A stretch of 64,000 nt of DNA, from assembly GCA_964448605.1 (NCBI GenBank), contig CAYUZV010000004.1, positions 645-64,644 of the forward strand. The letters run 5' to 3'. Source of the stretch: Candidatus Woesearchaeota archaeon. Lineage in GTDB: Archaea > Nanobdellota > Nanobdellia > Pacearchaeales > GW2011-AR1. The position numbers and the translations under genes were made by a program. This document shows positions 1 to 9,470 of this stretch, one piece after another. The notes beneath the pieces are model-generated. The model was not told the DNA's origin. It saw nothing but the letters and a program-made list of their open reading frames with translations, and did not search any database. Each line of letters opens with the position of its first letter. Position 1 is the stretch's first letter.

Positions 1-84
1 TAATCACCAAAAACAAATACTTTATAATGTTTATTATAATAAAAATTCACAAACCCTTTTAAACCCTCTAACACTTAAAAAAAA

Positions 85-435
85 ATGACAATTCCAAAAA
101 ATCATGGATATCGTTTAACCTATATCTGCGAGGAAGAAGAATCAGCAAAATGGGAAAATCCAGGATTACTTTATTCTTCAGAACTTGAATCAGTTGCAGA
201 AAAAATTTCCAAAGAATGGACTTATGGAAACAATAAAACAGACCCAAGAGGTTATATACATGAATTTTATTTCAATGATTCAGGAAGTTTTGCATCAATC
301 ACAAAAAAGAATTCTAACTCTCCTCCAGAGATTATATCAATAACCCTAATAAATTCAAAATCACCAGGAACCTTAGAAAAAATCGCACTAAAAATAGGAC
401 TTCACTACGATGAATCAGAAGTTCAAACAGATTAA
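85..435 (+). CDS. hypothetical protein (116 aa)
   Basis: ATG ORF after an AT-rich TATA-like tract. No motif recognised. Its 3' end overlaps the stop of the convergent giant ORF by 4 nt. Confidence 0.35.
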   Translation: MTIPKNHGYRLTYICEEEESAKWENPGLLYSSELESVAEKISKEWTYGNNKTDPRGYIHEFYFNDSGSFASITKKNSNSPPEIISITLINSKSPGTLEKIALKIGLHYDESEVQTD

Positions 436-3400
436 TTCTCACTAACAAACCTCTCTCCTTCCAGCTTATAATTTTCCAAAACATCAATACCTGTCTGAAC
501 ACTAAAACTCACCTTGCCTCCAATTATCAAACCAACTGGCTTATCAGGAGCAATTTCACGATAAATCAAATAACCTCCTGACCTTTTAACAACATAATAA
601 CCAGTATAAACACCTCCAAAAAAAATCTTTCCATCAATCAACTCATAAGTTCTGTCAGAAGGAGATGGCTCAACAATAACTTCATCTTCTAAACCTTCAG
701 AACTAACCTTCTCCAAATCCTCAACATTTTCAGCTTGAGGAGCAGGTCCAACATCACCTCTCAATTCATATTCAACTAAAGCACTTGCAATCTTTTTATA
801 CAACCTGCCTAACCACAAAAATGCCTCACTGCGATAAACATTTTTAGCACCCAACTCACTAACCTGAATCAATTTATCCCGAACTTCAGAAATCCTGCTC
901 TCAATGGCATTAACAGAATCACCTGAATTAACATAAATATCTTCCTGAATTTTTTTACGAGCCCAACTAATCTCTGCTTGAGAAGTATTGCAACTCAAAA
1001 AACCATCAATATCCAAATATTCAACATTAACTTCATTCAAAATCTCACTTTCAACACCACTATCCTTAACAACATTTTGAACAGAGTCAGTGTCCAACCA
1101 ACACCTTATTGTAGGGTCATCGCAATAACCAACATCTTTCCATTTATCATAAATTGTCGCAGTTTTATCATACTCGCCACTTGATAAAACCTCCTTACCC
1201 GGATTTTCAGTTGAACAAATTCTAATGATTCCATGTTTATACAATTGAGGCTCAATAACCTCATCAGCACCACTCTGCAGATTAGGTTGCAAAGCAGAAA
1301 TCAAAGAAGGAGTTCCAGCCACACACTCTTCTTCACTTTTTATACCGGTCTTAGTTTGCTCTTCCACATAAGCATCAGAAATACTATTCAAAATATAAGA
1401 AGTTGAAACTTTTCCAAAACCACACTCTTCCTGCCCATTAACACTAATGCACAACTGCTTATAACCTGAAACAGCAGTAAAATCCCTTGCCTCATCAACC
1501 TGACTACCCTTAGCAATATAACCAGAATCAACCAAATGAGTTCCAGAAGAATAAATATAACCAGATTCAGGCAAATCTCTCAAATAAACAGAATAATAAA
1601 CACCCTGATCATTACCAGAATAAATATGATAATAAACCTTATAATGTGAAGTTGCAGGAATTGTCGCAGTTGTAAGAGTATTCTCACTAAACCATGCAGA
1701 ATACTGAACAGGACTATCTGGTTCTAATAAATTATCAAAATAATTCTCAGAATCAGGATAACGAACAGACATAAAAGAACTGCAAACATCTGAACCAATT
1801 TCATCAGTAGACCTTTCAGTAAATGCTTTCATAGAATTAACTGCATATTCATTCTTAAAATAATCAATAGCAGATTTTGTATTTTCCCAAGATGACTGAA
1901 CAGTCAAATACTCTCCACCACCTCTGACACCCTGACTAAAAAACGATTCAATCAAACGAGGAATTATAACATTCACTAAAGGTGTCGCCTGTTTCCAAAA
2001 AAACTCGCACAAATAAATACTTTTAATCTCATCACAAATGCCAATATTTCTACCACTCTCAATACTTTCTCTTAAACAAGCCTGAGTTGAATTCAAAATA
2101 CTCAAATAACCTTCAATACCTGCATGAACACCACTTAAACAAACAGGAACAAAAATTCCTTCATTAATATTAGGCAGACACAACATCAAACTTCCAATCA
2201 CTCCTGTCTGAATAACATTATCAACTCTAAACTTGCCTCCTAAATCACATCTTGAAGTAGGACAAATAACAGGGTCGCAAACATTAAATAACAAATGACA
2301 ATCCTGAGGACTCATAAAATCTGAACATCTGCCTTCTTCACCTGCAAAAGATATAGCAGAACCAAAAACATTCCTTCCAATATTTATTGTTTTCTGTCCA
2401 TACTGCCTTGAAGCTTCAGCAATCGCCTGTTGAGCACGACTAATCAACAACCTCGATTCACCAGAACTCATACCTGGAAAACTCAACTCATTAACATTCC
2501 CATTATAATACCTGCAAATATCATCAGCAGATTTTTTAAATTCAATCAAACCATTAGTTCCAACATTGCAAATATAATAATTCACAGCCCTGCCTGATTC
2601 ATCATAAGGTTTTCCAAATCCACTTAAAACATAAGTCATATGAACATACCATCCCTCATCAGGACCAAACGGCACCTCTGCAGGCAAACCCTTATAAGGA
2701 GTCCTCTCAAAATACTTAACCTTCAAACTCTCTGAATTAAGCATTTTATTCTTATAAACCTCTTCATCAGATTTCTTAAAAGAACTAACCCGATTATAAG
2801 CCAAATACTCTTTAACATCTTTAGTAATATCATCATCACCAACACCATCCAAAGAATAAGCACCATCATAAACATAATTACCAGAATTCTCATCTTTAAC
2901 AACCTTAATCAAAGCATATCTATCAGCAACTTCTGAACTTGCAGAATAATCACCAGCAGGAAGTTTAGAAGGAATAAAAACCCTAATCAAATTATCACCT
3001 GCTTCAAATCCTTTTTCAGATAACTTATCCCTTTCCTTAACAGTATATATATTTGAAATAGCAGATTTCTCACCTGCAAAGGAAGTTGCTTTCAACCCAT
3101 AATCCTTAGCCTCTTCTTCAGCTGAAATCTTCGCACCATAATACTCTTGATAATTTCTTGCTTCCAAAGTAGATTGCCCCAATGAACTGCTAACCATTTC
3201 ATCCATAACAACACTTCCAGAACCCAATGCACTATGCATTGTCATTATATCTTTTCTCTGTTCATGAGTCATTGTATCCCAAGAACAAACCTCATCAAAA
3301 GAAACAGAATCATTTCCAGGCAAACCAATACTTCCTGATTGAGCAGAACAAAACTCCTCAAACTCCTCTTCAAATTCCTCCTCAATCTTTTTAGCATCTG

Positions 3401-5984
3401 CCTGCCCTTCTAAATCAAAAACATCATCTCTATCAATCCCCACCTTGCTCTGAATCTCCTCTAACTTACTATTAGTTTCCTTAATCTTTTCTTCATACAA
3501 CTCTATATCTTCATTTATTTTATCATTGTGCCCTAAAAGACAAGATTGCACAGAAGAATAACTTTCACCAGTTATTGAAGAGGTTTTACCACTTCCAACC
3601 AAATCCTCACAAAAATCATTCCATCCTCCAGAACCTGTCATCAACATTTTACGAGCCATTGCCTCTCCAGAAAAACCCTCCACTAATGTCTTAACAGCAA
3701 GAGCCGCAGAAGTCGCATAACAAGCACCCTTCAAACCCTCAACAACCTTCCCTAATTTACTATTCGCCTCACTCCATTTTTTAATCTTATCTCCCATTTC
3801 ATTAATCATCTCTTTAGTTCTATCAGGACTCAATTTAATATCTCTCTTTTCAATTCCAATTTTAAATTTAAAATTAGACTCTGTCCGAGGTCCAAAACTC
3901 TTTGGAGTAATTGTAAACTTCGCCTGTTTCTTTAAATTAATATTCAAAAGTTTAACATTCGAATCCTCTATCAATGCCTGCTCTTTTAATTTAATCTGCA
4001 AGGTCTTAGAATCAGAACCAAAAATATTATTTCCCGACTTAGCATAACTAATCAAAACATACTCATCATTTATCTCTTTCAACTGAAAATTCAATTTATC
4101 AACAGAAACAACCTCTCCAAAACCAACTTTATATTCCTTGCCATCAATCAAAAAAACAGCATTTGCATCATCCTTGCCAGGTTTTTTAACATCAAGCAAA
4201 TCAAAAAAATAAGCCTGATTATTCATATAAACAACAACCTTGGATTGCGAAGAATCATATCTAGTCAAAAGCTCCTTATCTCTTTTAGCAGAAATAGCAA
4301 CATCGGAATTCGGATAATCTCTAATCAACTGACTAAAAAAATCATTTGCCTTTCCATTCTGACCAAATACCTTAGACAAATAAGCCGCCTCATACAATCC
4401 TTGTGCAGCATAAGCATCCTGTGCCTCATAAGATTTCTCAGAAGGATAAAGCTCAACCAAATCCTCATAATAATCAATTGCCTCATCATAATACTTCTTA
4501 GCAGAACTTTCAGAATCCCATTCCTTATCCTTCGTATTCTGAACATCCTCTAACAAAATACCATACTCCACATCATCAACTTTCAAAAATTTAATCTCCA
4601 CATCACTCTCACTTCCTGGAACTTTTTTCCTATACTGCCCCTTAACAGCATTTCTAATCTTAGATTTCAAGTCACCAATTTCCTTTAATTCAATATTTTC
4701 CTCAATAACATCATAAATCTCTTTTTCAGCAAAACCTGCCTCACTTTCAGAGTTTTCATCCTTAATCAAAATAACAAATTTATTCTTTTCAGAATCCTGC
4801 CCTGCATAAGCCAAAAATATTTTTTCCTTAACCTCATTACCAATTGAATAACTATCTGAAACACCATCAACTTCTAAATTTGCTTTTCCAGGATTCAAAC
4901 CCAATTGAAACCTTCCATTCTGAACTCTGCAACTAATATCTACATTACCTCCTCCTGAATAAGCATTTAAATCAGTCACCCAACATTTTCCATCCAAAAT
5001 TCTATCTCCTCTTGAAACCCAAATCTGCTTTGAATTAGTACTGTCACTTATCTGAATCAGAGCAGTATCAACAGGTGCTTTAATCTCATCAAGTTTTATA
5101 TTCATTCCAGCAGCACAATAAAAACCAGATAAATAAATATCCCTTGAGGTCTCACCCTCTCTCAATGTAACTGTTGCCTGTTTCGAATCCTTATCTCTAT
5201 AAACAGAAACAGTAACCTGGTCAGGATTCATATTTTCAGAAGGAACCTGTTCAATTGACTCTGCCCTCAAATATGCCTTTCCATTCCAAAAACTATACTT
5301 TTCATAATTTCTCAGCCACTCCTCATTTGAAATTTCATTAACATAAAAATTAGTTCTTCCAATTCCAAAAGCACCTTCTGCATCATAATCAATAACAGCA
5401 CTAATATTCCCCTCAACAAAATCAGGCATTTCTCCTTCAACATCATTTTTAGACAAAACAATAACAGCATAACCAAGATTATCCTTGACAGGAGAAGATT
5501 CTAATTGATTTCCACTTTGAATAGAAGCTCTTGCAGGAAAATACGAAACAGATGAAACTCCTTCAGGATATTTTCCAGTAAACCTTAATGCCCTTATTTT
5601 AGAAACATCAATTAAAGGATTAACCTGAATAGCACTAACCTTACAAAAAACAGGAACATTTTGCTCTTCTAACAAATCTGAAGTAACAACAGCAGGACTG
5701 CATCCTCCAGGAGGAATCTGCATAATAAAATCCTGTCTTTCCAGACAATCTTCTTTATCAAAATCAGGCCAATAAATTTCAGGAGATGTAAAATACGAAG
5801 AATGCAAAAAACTTGGATTATTAAATTGAGGATTTACAGAACTTCCATAAACTCTATACGAACCTCCTCCAAAAGTCGCAGGATAGCTATGAGAAAAAGT
5901 CTCTTGAGCAAAAGCTAAACTCAAAAAAATCAAAATTCCAAACAGCATCACCATAAATTTTTTCATCTTAACTAAACCAGACAT
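432..5984 (-). CDS. giant secreted Cys-rich surface protein (1850 aa; probable start at Met7, nt 5966)
   Basis: Longest ORF in the window. MKKFMVMLFGILIFLSLAFA|QE is a Sec-type signal peptide. Contains a TPR-like stretch (AKKYYDEAIDYYEDLVELYP...) and a Cys-dense block around aa 1090-1400. Antisense ORFs inside it are shadows. Confidence 0.85.
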   Translation of the reverse strand: MSGLVKMKKFMVMLFGILIFLSLAFAQETFSHSYPATFGGGSYRVYGSSVNPQFNNPSFLHSSYFTSPEIYWPDFDKEDCLERQDFIMQIPPGGCSPAVVTSDLLEEQNVPVFCKVSAIQVNPLIDVSKIRALRFTGKYPEGVSSVSYFPARASIQSGNQLESSPVKDNLGYAVIVLSKNDVEGEMPDFVEGNISAVIDYDAEGAFGIGRTNFYVNEISNEEWLRNYEKYSFWNGKAYLRAESIEQVPSENMNPDQVTVSVYRDKDSKQATVTLREGETSRDIYLSGFYCAAGMNIKLDEIKAPVDTALIQISDSTNSKQIWVSRGDRILDGKCWVTDLNAYSGGGNVDISCRVQNGRFQLGLNPGKANLEVDGVSDSYSIGNEVKEKIFLAYAGQDSEKNKFVILIKDENSESEAGFAEKEIYDVIEENIELKEIGDLKSKIRNAVKGQYRKKVPGSESDVEIKFLKVDDVEYGILLEDVQNTKDKEWDSESSAKKYYDEAIDYYEDLVELYPSEKSYEAQDAYAAQGLYEAAYLSKVFGQNGKANDFFSQLIRDYPNSDVAISAKRDKELLTRYDSSQSKVVVYMNNQAYFFDLLDVKKPGKDDANAVFLIDGKEYKVGFGEVVSVDKLNFQLKEINDEYVLISYAKSGNNIFGSDSKTLQIKLKEQALIEDSNVKLLNINLKKQAKFTITPKSFGPRTESNFKFKIGIEKRDIKLSPDRTKEMINEMGDKIKKWSEANSKLGKVVEGLKGACYATSAALAVKTLVEGFSGEAMARKMLMTGSGGWNDFCEDLVGSGKTSSITGESYSSVQSCLLGHNDKINEDIELYEEKIKETNSKLEEIQSKVGIDRDDVFDLEGQADAKKIEEEFEEEFEEFCSAQSGSIGLPGNDSVSFDEVCSWDTMTHEQRKDIMTMHSALGSGSVVMDEMVSSSLGQSTLEARNYQEYYGAKISAEEEAKDYGLKATSFAGEKSAISNIYTVKERDKLSEKGFEAGDNLIRVFIPSKLPAGDYSASSEVADRYALIKVVKDENSGNYVYDGAYSLDGVGDDDITKDVKEYLAYNRVSSFKKSDEEVYKNKMLNSESLKVKYFERTPYKGLPAEVPFGPDEGWYVHMTYVLSGFGKPYDESGRAVNYYICNVGTNGLIEFKKSADDICRYYNGNVNELSFPGMSSGESRLLISRAQQAIAEASRQYGQKTINIGRNVFGSAISFAGEEGRCSDFMSPQDCHLLFNVCDPVICPTSRCDLGGKFRVDNVIQTGVIGSLMLCLPNINEGIFVPVCLSGVHAGIEGYLSILNSTQACLRESIESGRNIGICDEIKSIYLCEFFWKQATPLVNVIIPRLIESFFSQGVRGGGEYLTVQSSWENTKSAIDYFKNEYAVNSMKAFTERSTDEIGSDVCSSFMSVRYPDSENYFDNLLEPDSPVQYSAWFSENTLTTATIPATSHYKVYYHIYSGNDQGVYYSVYLRDLPESGYIYSSGTHLVDSGYIAKGSQVDEARDFTAVSGYKQLCISVNGQEECGFGKVSTSYILNSISDAYVEEQTKTGIKSEEECVAGTPSLISALQPNLQSGADEVIEPQLYKHGIIRICSTENPGKEVLSSGEYDKTATIYDKWKDVGYCDDPTIRCWLDTDSVQNVVKDSGVESEILNEVNVEYLDIDGFLSCNTSQAEISWARKKIQEDIYVNSGDSVNAIESRISEVRDKLIQVSELGAKNVYRSEAFLWLGRLYKKIASALVEYELRGDVGPAPQAENVEDLEKVSSEGLEDEVIVEPSPSDRTYELIDGKIFFGGVYTGYYVVKRSGGYLIYREIAPDKPVGLIIGGKVSFSVQTGIDVLENYKLEGERFVSEN

Positions 5985-7848
5985 TTAATCTAGACACCTC
6001 CAAACTATTATAATTTTCCTGCAATCCTTCAACAGATGTAGGACTTCCAAATTCTTCATAATCAATATTCAAAACATCCATTTCTAAATCTGTCTCACTC
6101 ACAAAATACTCCTGACTGCCCCCTCCGGTAATTGCACTTCCAACAACCTGCTCAGGAACTTCAATATCAAAACATTTCTCCTCTGTCATTCCAAAGACAC
6201 TCCAAACTCCTCCCTTAGGAACATCAACACACTTTTCCAAATTAGAAGAAGGAAGATCAATGCTTGAATCTGAATAAACATATGCCTTAATATCATATAA
6301 ACCTTCAACCAAAGAAACACTCTCTTGTTCAGGATAAGCCACAACAACACTTTTCTCAACATCCCCACTCTCAATATCCTTTCTTGAAAAACTAACTACT
6401 GCATATTCACTTCCTTCAATACCTATATTCAAATCAATATCATATTCATTTCTTAAAATAACAATAACTTCTCCAGAATCAATAGTTGAAACTAATTGTT
6501 TTTTAGTTTCATAACCTTCTGCACTTGCAATAATATAACCATTTTTGCATTGGGGAAATTTAGCATTCAAACTGCCCTCTGATGCAGAACCAATATCACA
6601 ACTTGTATCAAAACACTTAAATGAAATATCTGCACCAACACTTTCCAAATCACTATTATAAACTAAAACATCCATTTCAGTCAATTTATGCTTACACAAT
6701 TCAGGAACAACATCAGGCAAACTCTCTCCAGTTGCACTACGAGCCTGATTTTTATCAATATAAACAACAATCGGAAACTGAAAAATTTCACTCTCAGAAT
6801 AAATCTGAATTAAAACAGGATATGCAAAATCGTAAACAAAATGATAAGGAACATAACAAAAACCTAACATTCCCAATCCTTCCTGCAAACCAACAGGGTC
6901 AGCTCTCAAAATACCATTCTCAGAAGGCCAAACATCAACTTTCACAGGCCACTTCTTCAAAAACATAAAATTAACATCATACTTAACATCATTTCCAATA
7001 TCCTGAACAAAATATTTATTCTCTTTTTCAGACAAAGAATAATAATCTCCTTTAATTTTTATAAAAGGAACATTCTCACTCAAAGCATTAATCAAATCCT
7101 CTCTAATTTCATTAACATTCCAAATCTTAGGCGAACATCCAATATCACTTCCATCCACAGGAGCATTCAACCTCAAAATATCAATACCATAATTCTCCAA
7201 GAACATAGATTCCTGATTATGCTCATAAATTTCCTTGCTCAAATCATAAAACTCTCCCAAATGAGAATCAACCTCAACATCAAAATTACCTGAAGTCCAG
7301 GTAGTATTTCCAAAACCAATACTCAAATCTTGTTCAACATCTATTTTTATTTTATTATCTTTAATCTCACTTTCAACCTCACTCAAACCATAACTAATCG
7401 CAAAACCCTGCTCTTCAAATTCAGAAAAATCACAATCCTGCAATCTACCCTCTAAAAAAACATTCAACTGCTCTTCCATTTTTTCTTTAGACGGAACCTG
7501 TTCTTTTTTCACATTATTTCCAGAAATATAAAACCAATAAGGAACACCAATTCCCAAAAAATCCAATTGATTTGAAAAAGGCATATATTCTGAACCAGGT
7601 GAAAATTCCATTTCAATATAACCTCCTCCTTGCCCCATCAAATAAGCACCATTAGAAACCTCATTCTCAATACAAGACAAATAATAAGAATAAACTGGCT
7701 CAATATTTTTAGGTATTGAAGATTCAAAAGGATTTTTCACAACAAAAAAAACAACTCCAATAACAGCAACCAACACAATTGCAATTATAATAAAAATCGC
7801 AACCTGCCCTTTCTTAGCAATCAATGCTCTATCAAACTCTCCTTTCAT
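5968..7848 (-). CDS. large prepilin-like protein (626 aa) with class III-type signal peptide and beta-sandwich-like C-terminal region
   Basis: The N-terminus ...AKKG|QVAIFIIIAIVLVAVIGVVFFVV fits [KR]G plus a hydrophobic helix. GYIIASAEGYETKKQLV resembles a carboxypeptidase-regulatory-like fold. Its stop abuts the start of the giant ORF. Confidence 0.7.
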   Translation of the reverse strand: MKGEFDRALIAKKGQVAIFIIIAIVLVAVIGVVFFVVKNPFESSIPKNIEPVYSYYLSCIENEVSNGAYLMGQGGGYIEMEFSPGSEYMPFSNQLDFLGIGVPYWFYISGNNVKKEQVPSKEKMEEQLNVFLEGRLQDCDFSEFEEQGFAISYGLSEVESEIKDNKIKIDVEQDLSIGFGNTTWTSGNFDVEVDSHLGEFYDLSKEIYEHNQESMFLENYGIDILRLNAPVDGSDIGCSPKIWNVNEIREDLINALSENVPFIKIKGDYYSLSEKENKYFVQDIGNDVKYDVNFMFLKKWPVKVDVWPSENGILRADPVGLQEGLGMLGFCYVPYHFVYDFAYPVLIQIYSESEIFQFPIVVYIDKNQARSATGESLPDVVPELCKHKLTEMDVLVYNSDLESVGADISFKCFDTSCDIGSASEGSLNAKFPQCKNGYIIASAEGYETKKQLVSTIDSGEVIVILRNEYDIDLNIGIEGSEYAVVSFSRKDIESGDVEKSVVVAYPEQESVSLVEGLYDIKAYVYSDSSIDLPSSNLEKCVDVPKGGVWSVFGMTEEKCFDIEVPEQVVGSAITGGGSQEYFVSETDLEMDVLNIDYEEFGSPTSVEGLQENYNSLEVSRLNVWFS

Positions 7849-7975
7849 TCTTCCCTCCTTTTTTAACTCTCTCTTTAATCATCTCAATAATCTCACTATT
7901 AATATCCTGTTTTATCAAATTCTTAAATCTTTCCCACATTCTTTCATCTTCTATCAAGAGCAAATACTTTTTCAT
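7832..7975 (-). CDS. small ribbon-helix-helix-like protein (47 aa, below ORF-track cutoff)
   Basis: Hand translation: MKKYLLLIEDERMWERFKNLIKQDINSEIIEMIKERVKKGGKNERRV. Strand plus two-helix pattern. TGA at 7832-7834 overlaps the start region of 5968..7848. A TATA-like TTTATATA lies about 27 nt upstream. Confidence 0.35.
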   Translation of the reverse strand: MKKYLLLIEDERMWERFKNLIKQDINSEIIEMIKERVKKGGKNERRV

Positions 7976-8020
7976 GCAATTCAAAGTAGAATCTTTCGTA
8001 TATAAACCTTTCTTATTAAA

Positions 8021-8047
8021 TTACTAAGTAAGTTAGTTACTAAGTAA
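8021..8047 (-). promoter_or_regulatory. tandem 11-bp palindromes TTACTAAGTAA-gttag-TTACTAAGTAA (candidate operator) upstream of the RHH/pilin-like/giant-protein operon
   Basis: Two identical palindromes at 8021-8031 and 8037-8047, with centres 16 bp apart. They lie just upstream of a BRE/TATA-like AGAAAGGTTTATATA (minus strand, about 7998-8013). Confidence 0.4.
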
Positions 8048-8252
8048 AGAGTATATTCTCCAGCCTACAAAATTATTTAAACAAAAAATATTCAAAATAA
8101 AATGAACAAAAAAGGGTAATGCAGACATTGTTGAAATTTTAATAAGATTAATTCAAATGTCTGCAATCATATTCGCGGAATATATAATTCTAAGAGCATT
8201 AGGAATACTCTAAAAAATCTCTTTTAAAAATCACCTAAAAAATACACTAATA

Positions 8253-8549
8253 TCACTCCTTCAAAACAAAACTCCTAATTCCATCCCCCATTCTCTCTTC
8301 ATACTCTCTTTTCAAATTAACTCCTTTTCCATAAAAATCCTCCCTCATAACACTAATAGTTTCAGTAAAAGGATTAACAATGAAAAAAGGACCCTCTAAA
8401 GAAACATCATCACCATAAACAGAAAAAGCACGTGGAAAAATAACCTCTGAAATTCCATAATCAGGAAAAATCTCCTTAGTTATCTCAATCAATCTCTTTC
8501 CTTTTTTTACAATATCATCCATAGAAAAAACATTTTCACCCTTAACCAT
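8253..8549 (-). CDS. hypothetical protein (98 aa)
   Basis: Clean ATG ORF with normal amino-acid composition. No motif recognised. Confidence 0.5.
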   Translation of the reverse strand: MVKGENVFSMDDIVKKGKRLIEITKEIFPDYGISEVIFPRAFSVYGDDVSLEGPFFIVNPFTETISVMREDFYGKGVNLKREYEERMGDGIRSFVLKE

Positions 8550-8645
8550 CTAAAACACTTATTAACTACTTTATATACTTTATCAAACTAAAGAAAATAT
8601 AATTCACATACAAAAAGTTTAAAAACTTAAATACTAAATCTTTTT

Positions 8646-8909
8646 ATGGTTAATGGAATTGAAAGACCACTTGATGCGTTGAACAATGCTAAAGGCAAAG
8701 AAGTGTTAGTTCAACTAAAGAACAACAAGCAAATGGTTGGAACACTTCTTGCATTTGACATACATCCAAATGTAGTTTTGGATAATGCAAAAGAAATCGT
8801 AGATGGCGAAGAAAAAAGAAGTGTTGGACTAACTTTTTTAAGAGGAGATACAATCATCTGGATATCTCCTGCAAGCATTGCAAAGCAAGAAGTGGTACAA
8901 GAAGAATAA
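8646..8909 (+). CDS. Sm-like (LSm) archaeal protein
   Basis: Sm1/Sm2-like motifs: LVQLKNNKQMVGTLLAFDIHPNVVLDNA ... FLRGDTIIWIS. Confidence 0.9.
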   Translation: MVNGIERPLDALNNAKGKEVLVQLKNNKQMVGTLLAFDIHPNVVLDNAKEIVDGEEKRSVGLTFLRGDTIIWISPASIAKQEVVQEE

Positions 8910-9004
8910 TTGAGCTTTGACATATTTAGATTAGCACGGTCAAATGATTCTCAAGGAGTTTGAATTAGTTGTAACTCTCTAAATCTCATTCTAAAAAAAT
9001 AATC

Positions 9005-9140
9005 CTCTACCTCCTCCTAACAAATCGTCTCAGATTTATCAGTTACCAATAAAATAAAACAAGTGCCTTGCAACCAAGTTTGCGAGAGTAAAAACAAAAA
9101 ATAACGAGCAGGCTTAGGAGAAAAAGCCAAGCACGAGTTC
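9005..9140 (+). repeat. copy A of a repeated structured intergenic element
   Basis: Shares the 20-mer TTACCAATAAAATAAAACAA, CGAGAGTAAA and AGGCTTAGGAG with copy B. Internal stem 9076-9083/9108-9115. Confidence 0.6.
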
Positions 9141-9179
9141 AAAACAAAACTATAAAAACACCAACTCCTTCCCACTAAC

Positions 9180-9470
9180 ATGAAAAAACAAGAACCAAGC
9201 AACACTACCTACATCATATTAGGATTAATCTCTCTCTTAATATTCTTCTTATTAATGACATTTCTCATCTTCTTCTATTCAGTAAAACTCTCCCCAGAAC
9301 AATATTCTCACTCAAATCAACTTTTAAAAACATCTGCAGAATTCATCTTCCCAATTTCAATTATGCTAATAGTTTTAATACTAATAACTATAATCCTATT
9401 TTATTTTAAAAATAAATCTCCCTCTAAATCTCAACTTTCAAAAAATCCTTCGCAATTTCAGTATTCTTAA
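9180..9470 (+). CDS. small membrane protein (96 aa, 2 TM)
   Basis: Two long hydrophobic segments. Its 3' end overlaps the convergent RNase Z gene. Confidence 0.45.
   Translation: MKKQEPSNTTYIILGLISLLIFFLLMTFLIFFYSVKLSPEQYSHSNQLLKTSAEFIFPISIMLIVLILITIILFYFKNKSPSKSQLSKNPSQFQYS

Noticed and set aside
978-6968. Track ORFs 978..1184(+), 4245..4553(+), 4325..4546(-), 6186..6374(-) and 6621..6968(+), all inside the giant and 626-aa genes
   Set aside because: They overlap much longer, compositionally normal ORFs. Their translations are low-complexity (I/L/R/N/S runs) and typical of shadow frames in AT-rich DNA.
9017-9205. Minus-strand 62-aa ORF over repeat copy A
   Set aside because: The equivalent region of copy B has no ORF. 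Conservation follows nucleotide and stem pattern, not a reading frame.
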